The translations under genes were made by a program, and so were the position numbers. This document shows, one piece after another, positions 9,603-19,678 of a DNA stretch of 64,000 bases (within the stretch, counting starts at the first letter, position 1; each line of letters begins with the position of its first letter). Source of the DNA: Thermoplasmata archaeon. Its GTDB lineage: Archaea > Thermoplasmatota > Thermoplasmata > Thermoplasmatales > GCA-001856825. The stretch spans positions 160,001 to 224,000 of the forward strand of contig JAJYUZ010000002.1 in assembly GCA_021792255.1 (NCBI GenBank). Direction: 5' to 3'. Under the pieces are notes generated by a model, which saw nothing but the letters and a program-made list of their open reading frames with translations, searched no databases and had not been told where the DNA came from.

Positions 9603-10757
9603 TTACCTCTTGTTGATGGGAACGTACGGTAGGTCGAGTGAACCAATGTACCATTCGACCGGCCTGACAATCTTGTTGTTGTTCCAATATTCGACTATAT
9701 GCGATCCCCAGCCAGCCATCCTTGACGCAACGAATATCGGAGTAAACATCTCGCTTTCTATCCCCAAAACTCTGTAAAGTGGTCCGGCAAAAAAGTCAAT
9801 GTTTGGCCAAATCCCCTTCGACTTCCCTAACTTATCTATCATGAGTTTTTCTGCGCGGAGTGCGATCTGCAGGTGCCTCTTTATTTCGTCAGATGGTTCT
9901 TTTTCCAGGCTCTCTTCTAAATAGCTCCTCACGAGTTTCGCTCTAGGGTCGTACGTCTTATACACTCTATGTCCAAATCCCATGATCCGCTGCTTGCCTT
10001 CCAGCGCTTCCTCGATGTATTTTTCTGTGTTGTCAGGACTACCTATGGCATTTATCATTTTTAGTGCAGCCTCATCAGCACCGCCGTGGAGTGGTCCCTT
10101 TAGGGTTCCTATTCCAGATGTCGTTGCCGCATATACATCGGCAAGTGTCGAGGCAGTCACCAGCACAGAGAAAGTAGACGCGTTGGTACTGTGCTCTGCG
10201 TGAAGAATGAACATTAGATCTATGAGCTTAGATTCAAACTCGTTTGGCCTCTTTCCATTTATCATATAAAGGAAATTTACCGAATGTCCTAGAGACTTGT
10301 CAGGAGGGATATATTCCTTCTTTTCTCTGAATCTTCCAGTGGCTGCAGCGATCGTCGGTAGTTTCGCTATTAGTGTTATAACTTTATCTATCGTTGCGTC
10401 AAGGTTTCTGTTATTTGGATCTTTATCATACATAACCAGCATTGACGCCGCCGTCCTCATGACGTCCATCGGATGTGATGTGGGCGCCATGACTTTAATG
10501 ACATCTCTGACCTCCTTTGGGATATCTCTTCTGTCCTTCAGCTTGCCTGTGAAATCATCGTATTCATTCTTAGTTGGTAGTTTTCCGTACAATAGGAGGT
10601 AAGACACTTCCTCAAAGTTTGACTGCTCTGCAAGATTTTCAATTGAGTATCCTCTGTACCACAATTTACCATTCTGTCCATCAACTTTTGAGATGGAGCT
10701 TTCGTCAACATAAATCCCTTCTAAACCATAATTTATTGTGGGTTTTGCGGTATTCAC
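9603..10757 (-). CDS. gltA: Citrate synthase
   Basis: GLEG, HAEHSTNASTF, GPLHGGA, MGFGHRVY, DPRA, PNIDF. Confidence 0.95.
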   Translation of the reverse strand: MNTAKPTINYGLEGIYVDESSISKVDGQNGKLWYRGYSIENLAEQSNFEEVSYLLLYGKLPTKNEYDDFTGKLKDRRDIPKEVRDVIKVMAPTSHPMDVMRTAASMLVMYDKDPNNRNLDATIDKVITLIAKLPTIAAATGRFREKKEYIPPDKSLGHSVNFLYMINGKRPNEFESKLIDLMFILHAEHSTNASTFSVLVTASTLADVYAATTSGIGTLKGPLHGGADEAALKMINAIGSPDNTEKYIEEALEGKQRIMGFGHRVYKTYDPRAKLVRSYLEESLEKEPSDEIKRHLQIALRAEKLMIDKLGKSKGIWPNIDFFAGPLYRVLGIESEMFTPIFVASRMAGWGSHIVEYWNNNKIVRPVEWYIGSLDLPYVPINKR

Positions 10758-10835
10758 TTAGATCACGAATTGCAATGGAAGTTAAATACTTAAGTCTACC
10801 TTGAATTTAGGTGAAACTAACGAAAGAAATCCTTA

Positions 10836-12116
10836 TTGCTCTATTTAGAATATATAAAAATGAAAACAGCGCTCCTCTTAATTTTCGTACTTGCATTTCT
10901 CATTATAGTATCAATTCCGGTAGGACACTCCGAAACAAAATCTTTGGTTATTATAAATTTCAGTTACACCGTAGACAGAGGAGCACAGGATTATTTTCAG
11001 TCCGTCCTATCGTACGCGGTTTCCCACAATGACCCAGTCATAATAGTTATGAACACTCCTGGTGGCTATCTGACAAACGGGTTCGCAATGGTCAACTATA
11101 CTATCGCTGCAGAAAAAACGATTTCCGTCACCACTTACGTGCCTCCAGGTGACATGGCTGCGTCTGCAGGTTCGTACATTGCCCTTGCTTCAAATTATGT
11201 ATACATGGCCAACGCGAGTTTCATCGGGCCTTCAGAACCCTACATCATAGGAGGAACAGCTCTGGAACAGCAGCACGTCACTAACGCCTCGTTGGCATTA
11301 ATGGACTCCCTAGCGCAACTGCACGGATGGAATCAATCCGCCATCTACCAAATGGTCGAGCACAATGTCGCGTACACCTCTCAAAATGCTTCTAAGATCG
11401 GACTGATAACGGGCATTTCAGAAAACCTTTCAGGTGTAGTTCAAAAGCTTGGATATGGAGGGCTTCCTCAGATTCAATTCTATGAAAATTATGTCCAACA
11501 ATTCGAGTCATTCCTTTCAAATTCTACCGTGGCAGATTTTCTCATATTGATAGGAGCAGTGGCAATTCTTCTGGACATTTACCATGGGTCGATCGCTCTG
11601 AGTGTTGCAGGAATAGTTGCCCTTGCGCTGGGATTCTGGGGAGTTACTTTGGTCGGTTTTCAACCAGTCGCGATTCTCTTTATGGTCATGGGCATAGCGT
11701 TAATATTTTTGGAGATTAAGCTGGGTCACGGTCTGGCAATGATAGGAGGGGTGGTCTTGGTCATTGCTGGAGGGTTGATCCTGATGCTTGGTGTTGGTTA
11801 TTCTTCTGATAATCCACTTCTAAGTGGGACCAACTATGCCCTTATAGCACTGGAAGCCACGGTCCTGCCAATTGGCGCTCTCTACTTAATAGGCATAAGG
11901 AAGGCGGTAATGGGGAAACCTTCGACGGTGGGACCACAACTGATTGTTGGGAAGAAAGGAAAGGCGATTACAGATATCGGTCCCCAAAAGAAGGGTGTCA
12001 TCAATGTTCTATCTGAAGAATGGAGTGCAATCTCTTCAGAGCCAATAAAGAAAGGGGAAGAGGTCGAAGTCCTCGGCTATGAAGGAGGAGTAGCAACAGT
12101 CAGGAAATCTTCTTGA
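10836..12116 (+). CDS. NfeD long form (ClpP-class protease domain, TM domain, OB fold); likely start 10860
   Basis: Signal peptide, NTPGG, AASAG, hydrophobic middle region, C-terminal E-W-S-A OB fold. Confidence 0.88.
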   Translation: MLYLEYIKMKTALLLIFVLAFLIIVSIPVGHSETKSLVIINFSYTVDRGAQDYFQSVLSYAVSHNDPVIIVMNTPGGYLTNGFAMVNYTIAAEKTISVTTYVPPGDMAASAGSYIALASNYVYMANASFIGPSEPYIIGGTALEQQHVTNASLALMDSLAQLHGWNQSAIYQMVEHNVAYTSQNASKIGLITGISENLSGVVQKLGYGGLPQIQFYENYVQQFESFLSNSTVADFLILIGAVAILLDIYHGSIALSVAGIVALALGFWGVTLVGFQPVAILFMVMGIALIFLEIKLGHGLAMIGGVVLVIAGGLILMLGVGYSSDNPLLSGTNYALIALEATVLPIGALYLIGIRKAVMGKPSTVGPQLIVGKKGKAITDIGPQKKGVINVLSEEWSAISSEPIKKGEEVEVLGYEGGVATVRKSS

Positions 12117-12516
12117 CTGTAAGCGTAACTTTGTCTTCCTGCACTTCGGTGACCGTGACCATCTCGTTGTCTGAAGTGTCCGCATCGCAGACGAAACTCC
12201 AATCTTCGCTCAGTACGGCTACTGTACCTACATTGTTTGCAGGAACTCCCTTTATTACCCTACCGTTTTGTCCTACGAGAGTTTCTGTATGAAAATACTT
12301 CTTTGTTATCCTGCTAGAAATGGTGATCGTAAAACCTACAAAGAGTAATAGCCCCGTCAGGAAAAATACTATGGACAGTGCGAGCAGGAAGCTATTGGTA
12401 CTCCCTGAAATTAGATACTCAATCAAAAGATAGATTGCAAAAATAAGAATGATGGCAACAGGGACGATCGCCCTGAAGCCATACTTTACGGCGAAGTTGC
12501 TTGGTTCTTTCGGCAT
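12100..12516 (-). CDS. NfeD short form (TM plus OB fold)
   Basis: Two TM helices followed by LVGQNG...GTV...EDWS; downstream of the slipin gene. Confidence 0.8.
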   Translation of the reverse strand: MPKEPSNFAVKYGFRAIVPVAIILIFAIYLLIEYLISGSTNSFLLALSIVFFLTGLLLFVGFTITISSRITKKYFHTETLVGQNGRVIKGVPANNVGTVAVLSEDWSFVCDADTSDNEMVTVTEVQEDKVTLTVKKIS

Positions 12517-12524
12517 CTTCTTTC

Positions 12525-13457
12525 TTATTCTTTCTTATTATTTGAGGCTGATGAGCTTGATGCCGTCCTCAAGGTTTCCGTAAATGGTTTGAGCATCTCA
12601 GTGAACTCCATTGGGATGATGTACTTGGTGGAATTGCTTGATCCAAGCACTTTCATCATGTCCAGATACTGAAGTGCCATCGTTTTCTGATCTATCTCCT
12701 TCGCAGCATTGAATATTGTAGTCAGAGCCATCGCATAACCTTCCGCTCTGAGTATGGCGGATTGTCTGTCTCCTTCTGCTCTCAATATGTTTGATTGCTT
12801 ATCTCCCTCTGCGACGGTTATGGTGGCCTGTTTCTTTCCTTCAGCTTCCGTAACGACAGCTCTCCTTGATCTTTCAGCGCTCATCTGCATGATCATAGCG
12901 TCAGAGACGTTCTTAGGAGGCAATATCTCTCTGATCTCGACGTTCGTCACTTTTACTCCCCACCTCGTAGTCACTTCGTCAAGTTTTGTCCTTAGGATTG
13001 CGTTTATGTTCTCTCTCTTAGACAGGACCTCGTCGAGAATTATATCACCTACAACAGCTCTTAGCGTCGTGGTCGCAATACCCATCGCTGCTCCCTCAAA
13101 GTTCTGTACCTGTATTACTGAGTCAGAGGCGTTTATCACTTTGAAATAGATGATGAAATCAACGTCGACCGGTGCATTATCCTTAGTAATGCAAGTCTGG
13201 TGAGGAATCGTCAGGAATCTCTCTCTTAAATCGACTCTAACCGGGACATCTATGATAGGATAGATGAACACTATTCCAGGACCCTTCTGTGCTAGTGCGC
13301 GACCAAATCTGAATACTACTATCCTTTGATACTCTCTCACGATTTTTATCGAATAAAATAGAAATGCCAGAAGAATTATAGCAACCAGAGCAATGAGGGC
13401 ATCTTCACCCACGTTATTGGTGATTGCTAATTCTGTTGCGCCATATGGGATTATCAT
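12525..13457 (-). CDS. SPFH/band 7 (stomatin-like, slipin) protein
   Basis: YQRIVVFRFG, ITKDN, WGVKV..VEI, QMSAER and AEG repeats. Confidence 0.94.
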   Translation of the reverse strand: MIIPYGATELAITNNVGEDALIALVAIILLAFLFYSIKIVREYQRIVVFRFGRALAQKGPGIVFIYPIIDVPVRVDLRERFLTIPHQTCITKDNAPVDVDFIIYFKVINASDSVIQVQNFEGAAMGIATTTLRAVVGDIILDEVLSKRENINAILRTKLDEVTTRWGVKVTNVEIREILPPKNVSDAMIMQMSAERSRRAVVTEAEGKKQATITVAEGDKQSNILRAEGDRQSAILRAEGYAMALTTIFNAAKEIDQKTMALQYLDMMKVLGSSNSTKYIIPMEFTEMLKPFTETLRTASSSSASNNKKE

Positions 13458-13632
13458 ATCAGTCCATCAAAAGTCCGTATTAATGTTTTTTGAGGGTGGT
13501 GTTAAAGGACGGAGAATTTTTTTCAGATAGCTCGGACTAATCAAGAACCAATTATGTATCTTTTGCTCCTAAATTCCCAACTTCTCTAGTTTCAGGTCAA
13601 AAATTATTAATATCATCTTTTTCTGTCAAAAT

Positions 13633-14061
13633 ATGGCCAAGGTTGACTACAATTCTAAACCTATAGATGACAATTTCTTTGACAAGCAGGATGAATTTCC
13701 CATTACCGGAAATCACGCTGGTCACGAGGTCAGGGCCGAAGGAAAAGAGAGGCAAGATAAGGACGGGAAAGCGTATCCGACAAAGCTCGGTATTCACGGA
13801 ACTAATGTCGCAGTTGATTGGGAGTCTTGTATAGCGGACGGTTCCTGTATGGACGTTTGTCCAGTCAACGTTTATGAATGGTTTCTCAATGCAGGAAACA
13901 AGGGAACTGGCAATGACAAAAAGATTGCAGAGGGGACTGATGAATGGAAGAAGTATCGGACGGACAAATGTGACCCCGTAAGGGAAGCGGACTGCATATT
14001 TTGCAATGCTTGCGTTACTGCCTGCCCCGTCAGTGCAATTTCAGTAGCAATGAGGAAGTAA
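13633..14061 (+). CDS. zfx: Zinc-containing dicluster ferredoxin (Thermoplasma type)
   Basis: N-terminal His-containing extension, LGIHGT, CIADGSCMDVCP and CIFCNACVTACP. Confidence 0.9.
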   Translation: MAKVDYNSKPIDDNFFDKQDEFPITGNHAGHEVRAEGKERQDKDGKAYPTKLGIHGTNVAVDWESCIADGSCMDVCPVNVYEWFLNAGNKGTGNDKKIAEGTDEWKKYRTDKCDPVREADCIFCNACVTACPVSAISVAMRK

Positions 14062-14180
14062 GACAGTCTATTCTTTCTCTGAGTTATGATCCATTTCAAT
14101 TTTCTTTTTACTCAATTCATTTTGTTCAAGTATTGAAGTCCAAGTAAGAAAACAGTTGCTCAAAAGGTCGTCTTTCTCTC

Positions 14181-14972
14181 TCATAGCAAATGCTTCTTGA
14201 AGAACATAGATGTCTTTTCCCAGGCATCATCGGCTGCATCTTTGTTGTATGCAGAGCCATCATTGTTTGCAAATGCGTGGCGAGTGTTTGGATAGATCTT
14301 CAGTTCGATCTGTTTCTTATATTCGAGGAAACTCCCCAAGGCTGCTGGAATGCCAGAATTTATTCTCGGATCTTCTCCAGCGTACAACCCCAGCATCGGT
14401 CCCTTCATTCTCGAGATATCTTTCAAATCAGGAGGATTTGCGCCGTAGTATACGGTGGTCGCATCGAATGGAAGTTGAGTAGATATCCTGAATGATAACC
14501 CTCCTCCCATACAGAAACCTACCACACCGAACCTAGAAGGTTTAAAATTAGTATTCAGATACTCGTACCCCATAGCCAGATCTTTAACCATCCTTTCCTC
14601 CAGTTGTCCTCTTGACATCATCAGTCTCGTGATTACCTCCCTCTGTTCTGGCGTCCCTCTTTCCAATGCGGCTTTTATGAACTCCCGATCTTCCCTTTTA
14701 TCAGAAGGTATCTCTGAAAAGAGCTTCATTGCCATTGCTATATTTTCTTGTGTAAACAGGTCTAGCTCTTCTTTTCTGGAGTAAAGGTGTGGCGCAAGGA
14801 CAAGTAATCCCAGTGATGAAAGTCTCCTCGAAAAATTCTTGATAAAGTTTGACAACCCCCATATTTCTTGAATAACAATCACTGCGCTTTTAGAATTCCG
14901 GTCTCCAACTAAAAAAGATTTGACACTTGATCCATCGAAGGTTGGATACTCTATACTCTCTTCGCGTTCCAT
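14181..14972 (-). CDS. Dienelactone hydrolase family protein
   Basis: QEIWG, GFCMGG nucleophile elbow, ED, HAF. Confidence 0.92.
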   Translation of the reverse strand: MEREESIEYPTFDGSSVKSFLVGDRNSKSAVIVIQEIWGLSNFIKNFSRRLSSLGLLVLAPHLYSRKEELDLFTQENIAMAMKLFSEIPSDKREDREFIKAALERGTPEQREVITRLMMSRGQLEERMVKDLAMGYEYLNTNFKPSRFGVVGFCMGGGLSFRISTQLPFDATTVYYGANPPDLKDISRMKGPMLGLYAGEDPRINSGIPAALGSFLEYKKQIELKIYPNTRHAFANNDGSAYNKDAADDAWEKTSMFFKKHLL

Positions 14973-15055
14973 GAAATAGGATTCGGAGATTGACTTAAAA
15001 TTTGCTATTTCGATTGTGGAAGACGTTACTAAAAAATGCAGTTGATGAGAATCGC

Positions 15056-15532
15056 TCAGCTTAAGGGGCTCGTTCCATAAATTTCTCTAAAGGTCCGGAA
15101 ACCGTACTTGATGATTTTCTTCACGTTTTCAAAGGTCGAGATGTTATCAATTTCATCCCGATCAAACCATTTGCAATCCGAAGACTCTTCATTGCATTGA
15201 AAATTCGTGCTCGATGCGACTCCGAGATAAATCATATCAAAGTGTTCGTGTGGATGGTCCGAGTATGGAACGATTTCATTCATTACTACTAGCGGTTGGG
15301 GAAGGCTTTTTGCGGTACCGAAATCTATCGAGAATCCATTTGAATTCAGGACTCTGAAAGTAGCCCCTGTTTCTTCCTTGGATTCCCTTATCGCGCAATC
15401 GAGCGGATTCTCTTCTTCTTCAATGTGTCCACCTGGGTATATCCAAACTCCTAGTTTCTTGTGCTTGATTAGCAGAACCTTCTTGCCATCTTCTCTGATT
15501 ATTAGAACTCCAGCCACTATGCATTTCTTCAA
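15056..15532 (-). CDS. NUDIX hydrolase
   Basis: Nudix box GGHIEEEENPLDCAIRESKEETG. Confidence 0.92.
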   Translation of the reverse strand: MKKCIVAGVLIIREDGKKVLLIKHKKLGVWIYPGGHIEEEENPLDCAIRESKEETGATFRVLNSNGFSIDFGTAKSLPQPLVVMNEIVPYSDHPHEHFDMIYLGVASSTNFQCNEESSDCKWFDRDEIDNISTFENVKKIIKYGFRTFREIYGTSPLS

Positions 15533-15711
15533 GGTATCACCCTGCTTTTGTCCGAAGCCTTCGATTGTGCAAATATTTTATTCTCGAATAGGTCTTTCTG
15601 TATCCTCTACAGCATCAAATTTGCAATCAGTACGAGATCTCTTGTTCACGATTCTAAATGTACTGTGAGAACCGGCAACCCACTTCGAAGCCAATTTTCT
15701 AGAAGTCAAAG

Positions 15712-15808
15712 CGCCGGGAGGGAGATTTGAACTCCCGATCTCTTGCGAGAACAGGCTTTCTGTAATTTTGTTCCAGGCCTGCGCCTTTCCGGACTGGGCC
15801 ACCCCGGC
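15712..15808 (-). tRNA. tRNA-Ser(GGA) with a 13-nt intron at 37/38 (15758-15770)
   Basis: Minus strand: acceptor GCCGGGG/TCCCGGC, discriminator G, anticodon stem CAGGC/GCCTG, CT-GGA-A, long variable arm, TTCAAAT T-loop. Confidence 0.92.
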
Positions 15809-15862
15809 TACGTTTTACCTCAAATCCATAAGGTTTATTATTATTTCCACATTTCCACCACA

Positions 15863-16624
15863 ATGGAGCTTCTTGAGGGGGCCCTAGAGGTCTTAGACGT
15901 CTTCACTAGAGAGTTCGTGGGTGCAAAGGAAGTCGTCCTGGGAATTTCTGGAGGAATAGATTCTACGCTCGTAGCCTATATCCTCAAGAGGAATATTGAG
16001 AATAAGAAAATCCATCTATATTCTTTACCCTTTGGAGAGGAAAGCAAAGACGTGAAGAGGGTTTCTGAGTTTCTAGATTTGCCCTACGAAACGATTGATA
16101 TGAAGAACGCACTAAGTTTCTTCAAGGATGGATCCAAGGACGAGAGAATAACTGGAAACGTTATGGCCAGACTGAGGATGACTTATCTTTATGCTATGGC
16201 AAACAAATACAAGGGACTGGTCGCTGGAACTTCCAATAAGAGTGAATTACTGACAGGGTATTTTACAAAATTCGGGGATGGTGGTTCTGACTTTCAGCCT
16301 CTAGGTGACCTCTACAAGACTCAAGTATACGAGGTGGCAAGAAGATACGGCTTTCCCGAATGGCTACTGAGGAAGGCACCCTCGGCAGATCTCTGGAAGG
16401 GCCAGACGGATGAAAAGGAGTTGGGTATTACTTATGAGAAGCTGGATAAGATTCTAGAATGCATTGAGTATCTGAAAACTCCCGAGCAGTGCAATGACAG
16501 CGGATGCGCCCAAAAAGAAGTGAAGAGGATATACGAACTCGTTCAGAGGAATGCGCATAAGAGAGTCAACTTCTACATACCAAAGGTCAGTTATCGCTCA
16601 GTTGGAACAGACTGGATGGAGTAA
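15863..16624 (+). CDS. nadE: NH3-dependent NAD+ synthetase (start at ATG 15863; the longer track ORF overlaps the tRNA)
   Basis: SGGIDS, NVMARLRM, GTSNKSE, GYFTKFGDG, PSADLW...QTDE. Confidence 0.94.
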   Translation: MELLEGALEVLDVFTREFVGAKEVVLGISGGIDSTLVAYILKRNIENKKIHLYSLPFGEESKDVKRVSEFLDLPYETIDMKNALSFFKDGSKDERITGNVMARLRMTYLYAMANKYKGLVAGTSNKSELLTGYFTKFGDGGSDFQPLGDLYKTQVYEVARRYGFPEWLLRKAPSADLWKGQTDEKELGITYEKLDKILECIEYLKTPEQCNDSGCAQKEVKRIYELVQRNAHKRVNFYIPKVSYRSVGTDWME

Positions 16625-17008
16625 TCACTGCGGTTGCTCTTTTGCCGAATTCTGATATGATCTTATCAAATCATCGAACTTGAGGTAGGCGATTACCATG
16701 AAAATACCTACTATTATGAATCCGAAAATCAACCCGACTATCATCCATATTAGTGTCTTCTCTTTCGCCGCAGACAGTCGTTTCTGATCTATGAGTTTTA
16801 TGATCTCTCTGCACTCATAAAAAACGACCAGATCAACGATCCCTAAAATGGCGGTTATTCCGAAGGAGAAGAGTCCTGTAATTAAAAGAATAATGCCAAC
16901 TATCAGTGACAAAACCCACGCTATCGTAAGCATATCCTTTATCGTAGATTTTTCAGGTGGTTCAAAGATGGGTTGTTTGGGCTCAGCACTGCTTGGCTGG
17001 TCAGTCAC
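16625..17008 (-). CDS. Small membrane protein of unknown function
   Basis: Three hydrophobic segments; fills the intergenic gap. Confidence 0.7.
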   Translation of the reverse strand: MTDQPSSAEPKQPIFEPPEKSTIKDMLTIAWVLSLIVGIILLITGLFSFGITAILGIVDLVVFYECREIIKLIDQKRLSAAKEKTLIWMIVGLIFGFIIVGIFMVIAYLKFDDLIRSYQNSAKEQPQ

Positions 17009-17057
17009 ATTTACGTAATCTTGGGGTTGATATAAAGTTAACTGTTTTGCACGACAA

Positions 17058-17393
17058 TTAAACCAGCTTGAACTTCCCAGTTATAGAGTCTATCGCGGAG
17101 TCTTCGTCCGGGCCAAAACCAGAGCAAGTAAGGGTATCGGGTTTGAGTTGTGTTAGCCCTGCATCCTTGATGGGGCAACAATTCACTCCCATCGACCTGG
17201 CTTTATTAATGAGTTCCTTGAGTTCCATTTCGTCTTTAACCCACACCACGATCTTCTTCTGTCCTTCAGAAATCCATCTATTTCGCTTCTCCGAATTGTT
17301 CATGGAGCATTCTACTGCGGCATGGGCTACTTGGGCAGCAATCTTGCCTTTCCCCATTTCGAGGTCTTTTCTCACTGCTATGGCCATTTTCAC
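17058..17393 (-). CDS. pth2: Peptidyl-tRNA hydrolase type 2
   Basis: MGKGKIAAQVAHA, GQKKIV, DAGLTQ, ITGKFKL. Confidence 0.95.
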   Translation of the reverse strand: MKMAIAVRKDLEMGKGKIAAQVAHAAVECSMNNSEKRNRWISEGQKKIVVWVKDEMELKELINKARSMGVNCCPIKDAGLTQLKPDTLTCSGFGPDEDSAIDSITGKFKLV

Positions 17394-17437
17394 TATGTCA
17401 GAAATTATAATTACTATTTATTTTATTACCTCGAAGA

Positions 17438-18070
17438 ATGAATTTCTATCCTGCGATCTTGATTCCTTTAGCGATTTTCACTCCGCTATTTTACCTCAAT
17501 TGGAACAGGATAGATAAGATAGTTGATGAATCTCTATTTGCCAGATTTCTTCTCTTCGGACTTCTACTGGGGGTCGTATATGTGGTTTTGTTCCTTTATT
17601 CCTTTTTCACGCTCGACAGATTCAAAGATCTGATGCTTTTCACGGTCTTGCTCTTTCTTCCCATCCTTTCGGCGGGAGAGCAGCTTTCGATAATAACGGG
17701 AAAGTACAGGACAAGAAAAGACCTCCTCCAACTATCTTCCTCACTGGGAGGAGCGTTCTCGTTCCCCGTATCGTTTTCGATAGCCCTGGTTACAAATTCT
17801 TCGATCTCGAACTACATTTTCATTGCATTAGTGACTCTATTTGCGTTTCTCACAAATGTGATGTCAAGTGCCACACTATCTATTGGCGCTTCTAATAACA
17901 AGGTTCTTCTTTACTACAATTTTGCACTTCTAATACAGATGCTTTTCTCGTCTTCAATCTTCATAGAGTATTTGTATGGTTCCTACGCCCTAATCACAAT
18001 AGTGCCTGAAATCGGTGTTGCCATATTATTATATATGAAATTTTTCCATGTGAGGCTAGGGTCAATCTAA
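17438..18070 (+). CDS. Multi-pass membrane protein, unknown function
   Basis: About seven hydrophobic segments; first gene of a four-gene operon. Confidence 0.75.
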   Translation: MNFYPAILIPLAIFTPLFYLNWNRIDKIVDESLFARFLLFGLLLGVVYVVLFLYSFFTLDRFKDLMLFTVLLFLPILSAGEQLSIITGKYRTRKDLLQLSSSLGGAFSFPVSFSIALVTNSSISNYIFIALVTLFAFLTNVMSSATLSIGASNNKVLLYYNFALLIQMLFSSSIFIEYLYGSYALITIVPEIGVAILLYMKFFHVRLGSI

Positions 18071-18071
18071 A

Positions 18072-19187
18072 ATGGGTGCGGCAATAAGAGGAATCCTCGT
18101 TGCTATCGTTGTCATCATAGTTCTGACGGCTGCGTACTATGTGGTCGTCGACACCAACCTTCTTAATGGAGTGACTACGACCACATCATATCAGATGCCC
18201 TCAGAAGTCTCTACTCATTTTTCCAGGAATTTTACCTTCGTATCCTCTTCAAGCTCAGGAGAAACGTTCACCTTTTACCTCACCCCCACTATAAACGACT
18301 CTCTCCAAAGTAGTACGATTTCTATTTCACACTCATCCAACATAAACGAATCTATCAAACACTCTCAGAATAGGACATTCTTTGCGATTACAGTGAATCC
18401 GGGAAGCTCTTTCGTAAATTTCACTTACATCATAAATTCTTATGGGAAGAGCTGGCAAAGTCTTGCAAATTCGACAGGTTTGCCCTCCCAAATTCCATCA
18501 TCTCTGAAGACAGAATACGATCATTCCGAGTATTTCAATTCTTCAGGAAGTAATGGTCTGGAAGTAATAAACCCTTCATTTTTCAGAAGTTTGACCCTTA
18601 ATCTAACGAAGAACGATACCACAGTCGTAGGAAAACTTAGATCCATTTACGACTACATTGTACAGAATTATCTGTACAACATAACATACAACATTGGAAA
18701 CGTGCCTCTGTCCGCTCAGCAAGTCTACCAGCTGAAGAAGGGGGACTGTGAAGAGTTGTCATACCTATTCGAATCGATGAGCAGGAGCATCGGTATTCCA
18801 TCCTGGACGCAGTACGGTCTCTTGATTCAAGAGTCAAACGGGCAGGCAAATCTCGGCGAACACGCCTGGGTGCAGACTTACGTTCCTTCTTCAAATGGCT
18901 CAGGCGCCTTTGTGAATATCGATCTTACCGTCGAGGTAGGAGGGCAAGATCTTGGCAGGGGATTTCTTGTCAAGTACCCATACTCGCTGGTCGAGTGGAC
19001 TGACAATGGAAATTCTTCAGCTATGGTAGATTACCACACTGAGCTTATTGCTCCTTCTACCGGGATCAGTATATCGATGCAGGAAAGTGATTTTATTTAC
19101 TCGTTCAGTCAGTCCGGGAAAATTACACTCGCACAAGACAATATTTTTAATCCTCTCACTGCTAACACATCTAAAGAATGGTTATGA
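18072..19187 (+). CDS. Membrane-anchored transglutaminase-like (Cys-His-Asp) protein
   Basis: N-terminal TM; GDCEE, HAW and ID triad; Ser/Thr/Asn-rich extracellular region. Confidence 0.88.
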   Translation: MGAAIRGILVAIVVIIVLTAAYYVVVDTNLLNGVTTTTSYQMPSEVSTHFSRNFTFVSSSSSGETFTFYLTPTINDSLQSSTISISHSSNINESIKHSQNRTFFAITVNPGSSFVNFTYIINSYGKSWQSLANSTGLPSQIPSSLKTEYDHSEYFNSSGSNGLEVINPSFFRSLTLNLTKNDTTVVGKLRSIYDYIVQNYLYNITYNIGNVPLSAQQVYQLKKGDCEELSYLFESMSRSIGIPSWTQYGLLIQESNGQANLGEHAWVQTYVPSSNGSGAFVNIDLTVEVGGQDLGRGFLVKYPYSLVEWTDNGNSSAMVDYHTELIAPSTGISISMQESDFIYSFSQSGKITLAQDNIFNPLTANTSKEWL

Positions 19188-19678
19188 TAATTCCTTCCGT
19201 TACCCTTAGAAAAAAGAAGATAGTCGAAGCCGAAGCACTTGAAAAATATGAGTCTGGTCCTCTTTGGGTCGTGGACGAAGATTACAAGAGCGGAAGGGAA
19301 CTCAATTTCAAGAGATACGACGATCTGTCTGGAATATACGAACTTTATTTGGATGCCGAAATCTCTCGGGTGGACGACATAGAAGACGCAATAACTGGCG
19401 GAGCATCTATGGTCACAATCTCCGAGTCAATCGATAATGAGAAGATGCGAAGAGCTCTCTTCTATACGGAATCGCTGATCCTTTATGTCAGAAGCAATAG
19501 AGAGGCGGCGGAATTCTTCATCTCGAATGGAGGGAGCCGCATATATTCCGACACTTTCATTTTTGACAATAATGTAACTGAATTTACGAGTCGATTGAAC
19601 TGCTCAAGTTGCAACATCGTCAGTCCCATCGGAGGTTCGAATGGTCGAAGAGATACGGAAGCTCCTGCTTTACCTTAA
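19178..19678 (+). CDS. Truncated HisA/HisF-like (beta/alpha) protein
   Basis: IIPSV at the start; LYLDAEISRVDDIEDAITGGASMVTI resembles the HisA GGIR..ED...GA.V segment. Confidence 0.55.
   Translation: MVMIIPSVTLRKKKIVEAEALEKYESGPLWVVDEDYKSGRELNFKRYDDLSGIYELYLDAEISRVDDIEDAITGGASMVTISESIDNEKMRRALFYTESLILYVRSNREAAEFFISNGGSRIYSDTFIFDNNVTEFTSRLNCSSCNIVSPIGGSNGRRDTEAPALP

Noticed and set aside
15548-15862. Short ORFs and the N-terminal extension of nadE
   Set aside because: They overlap tRNA-Ser; NadE similarity begins at ATG 15863.
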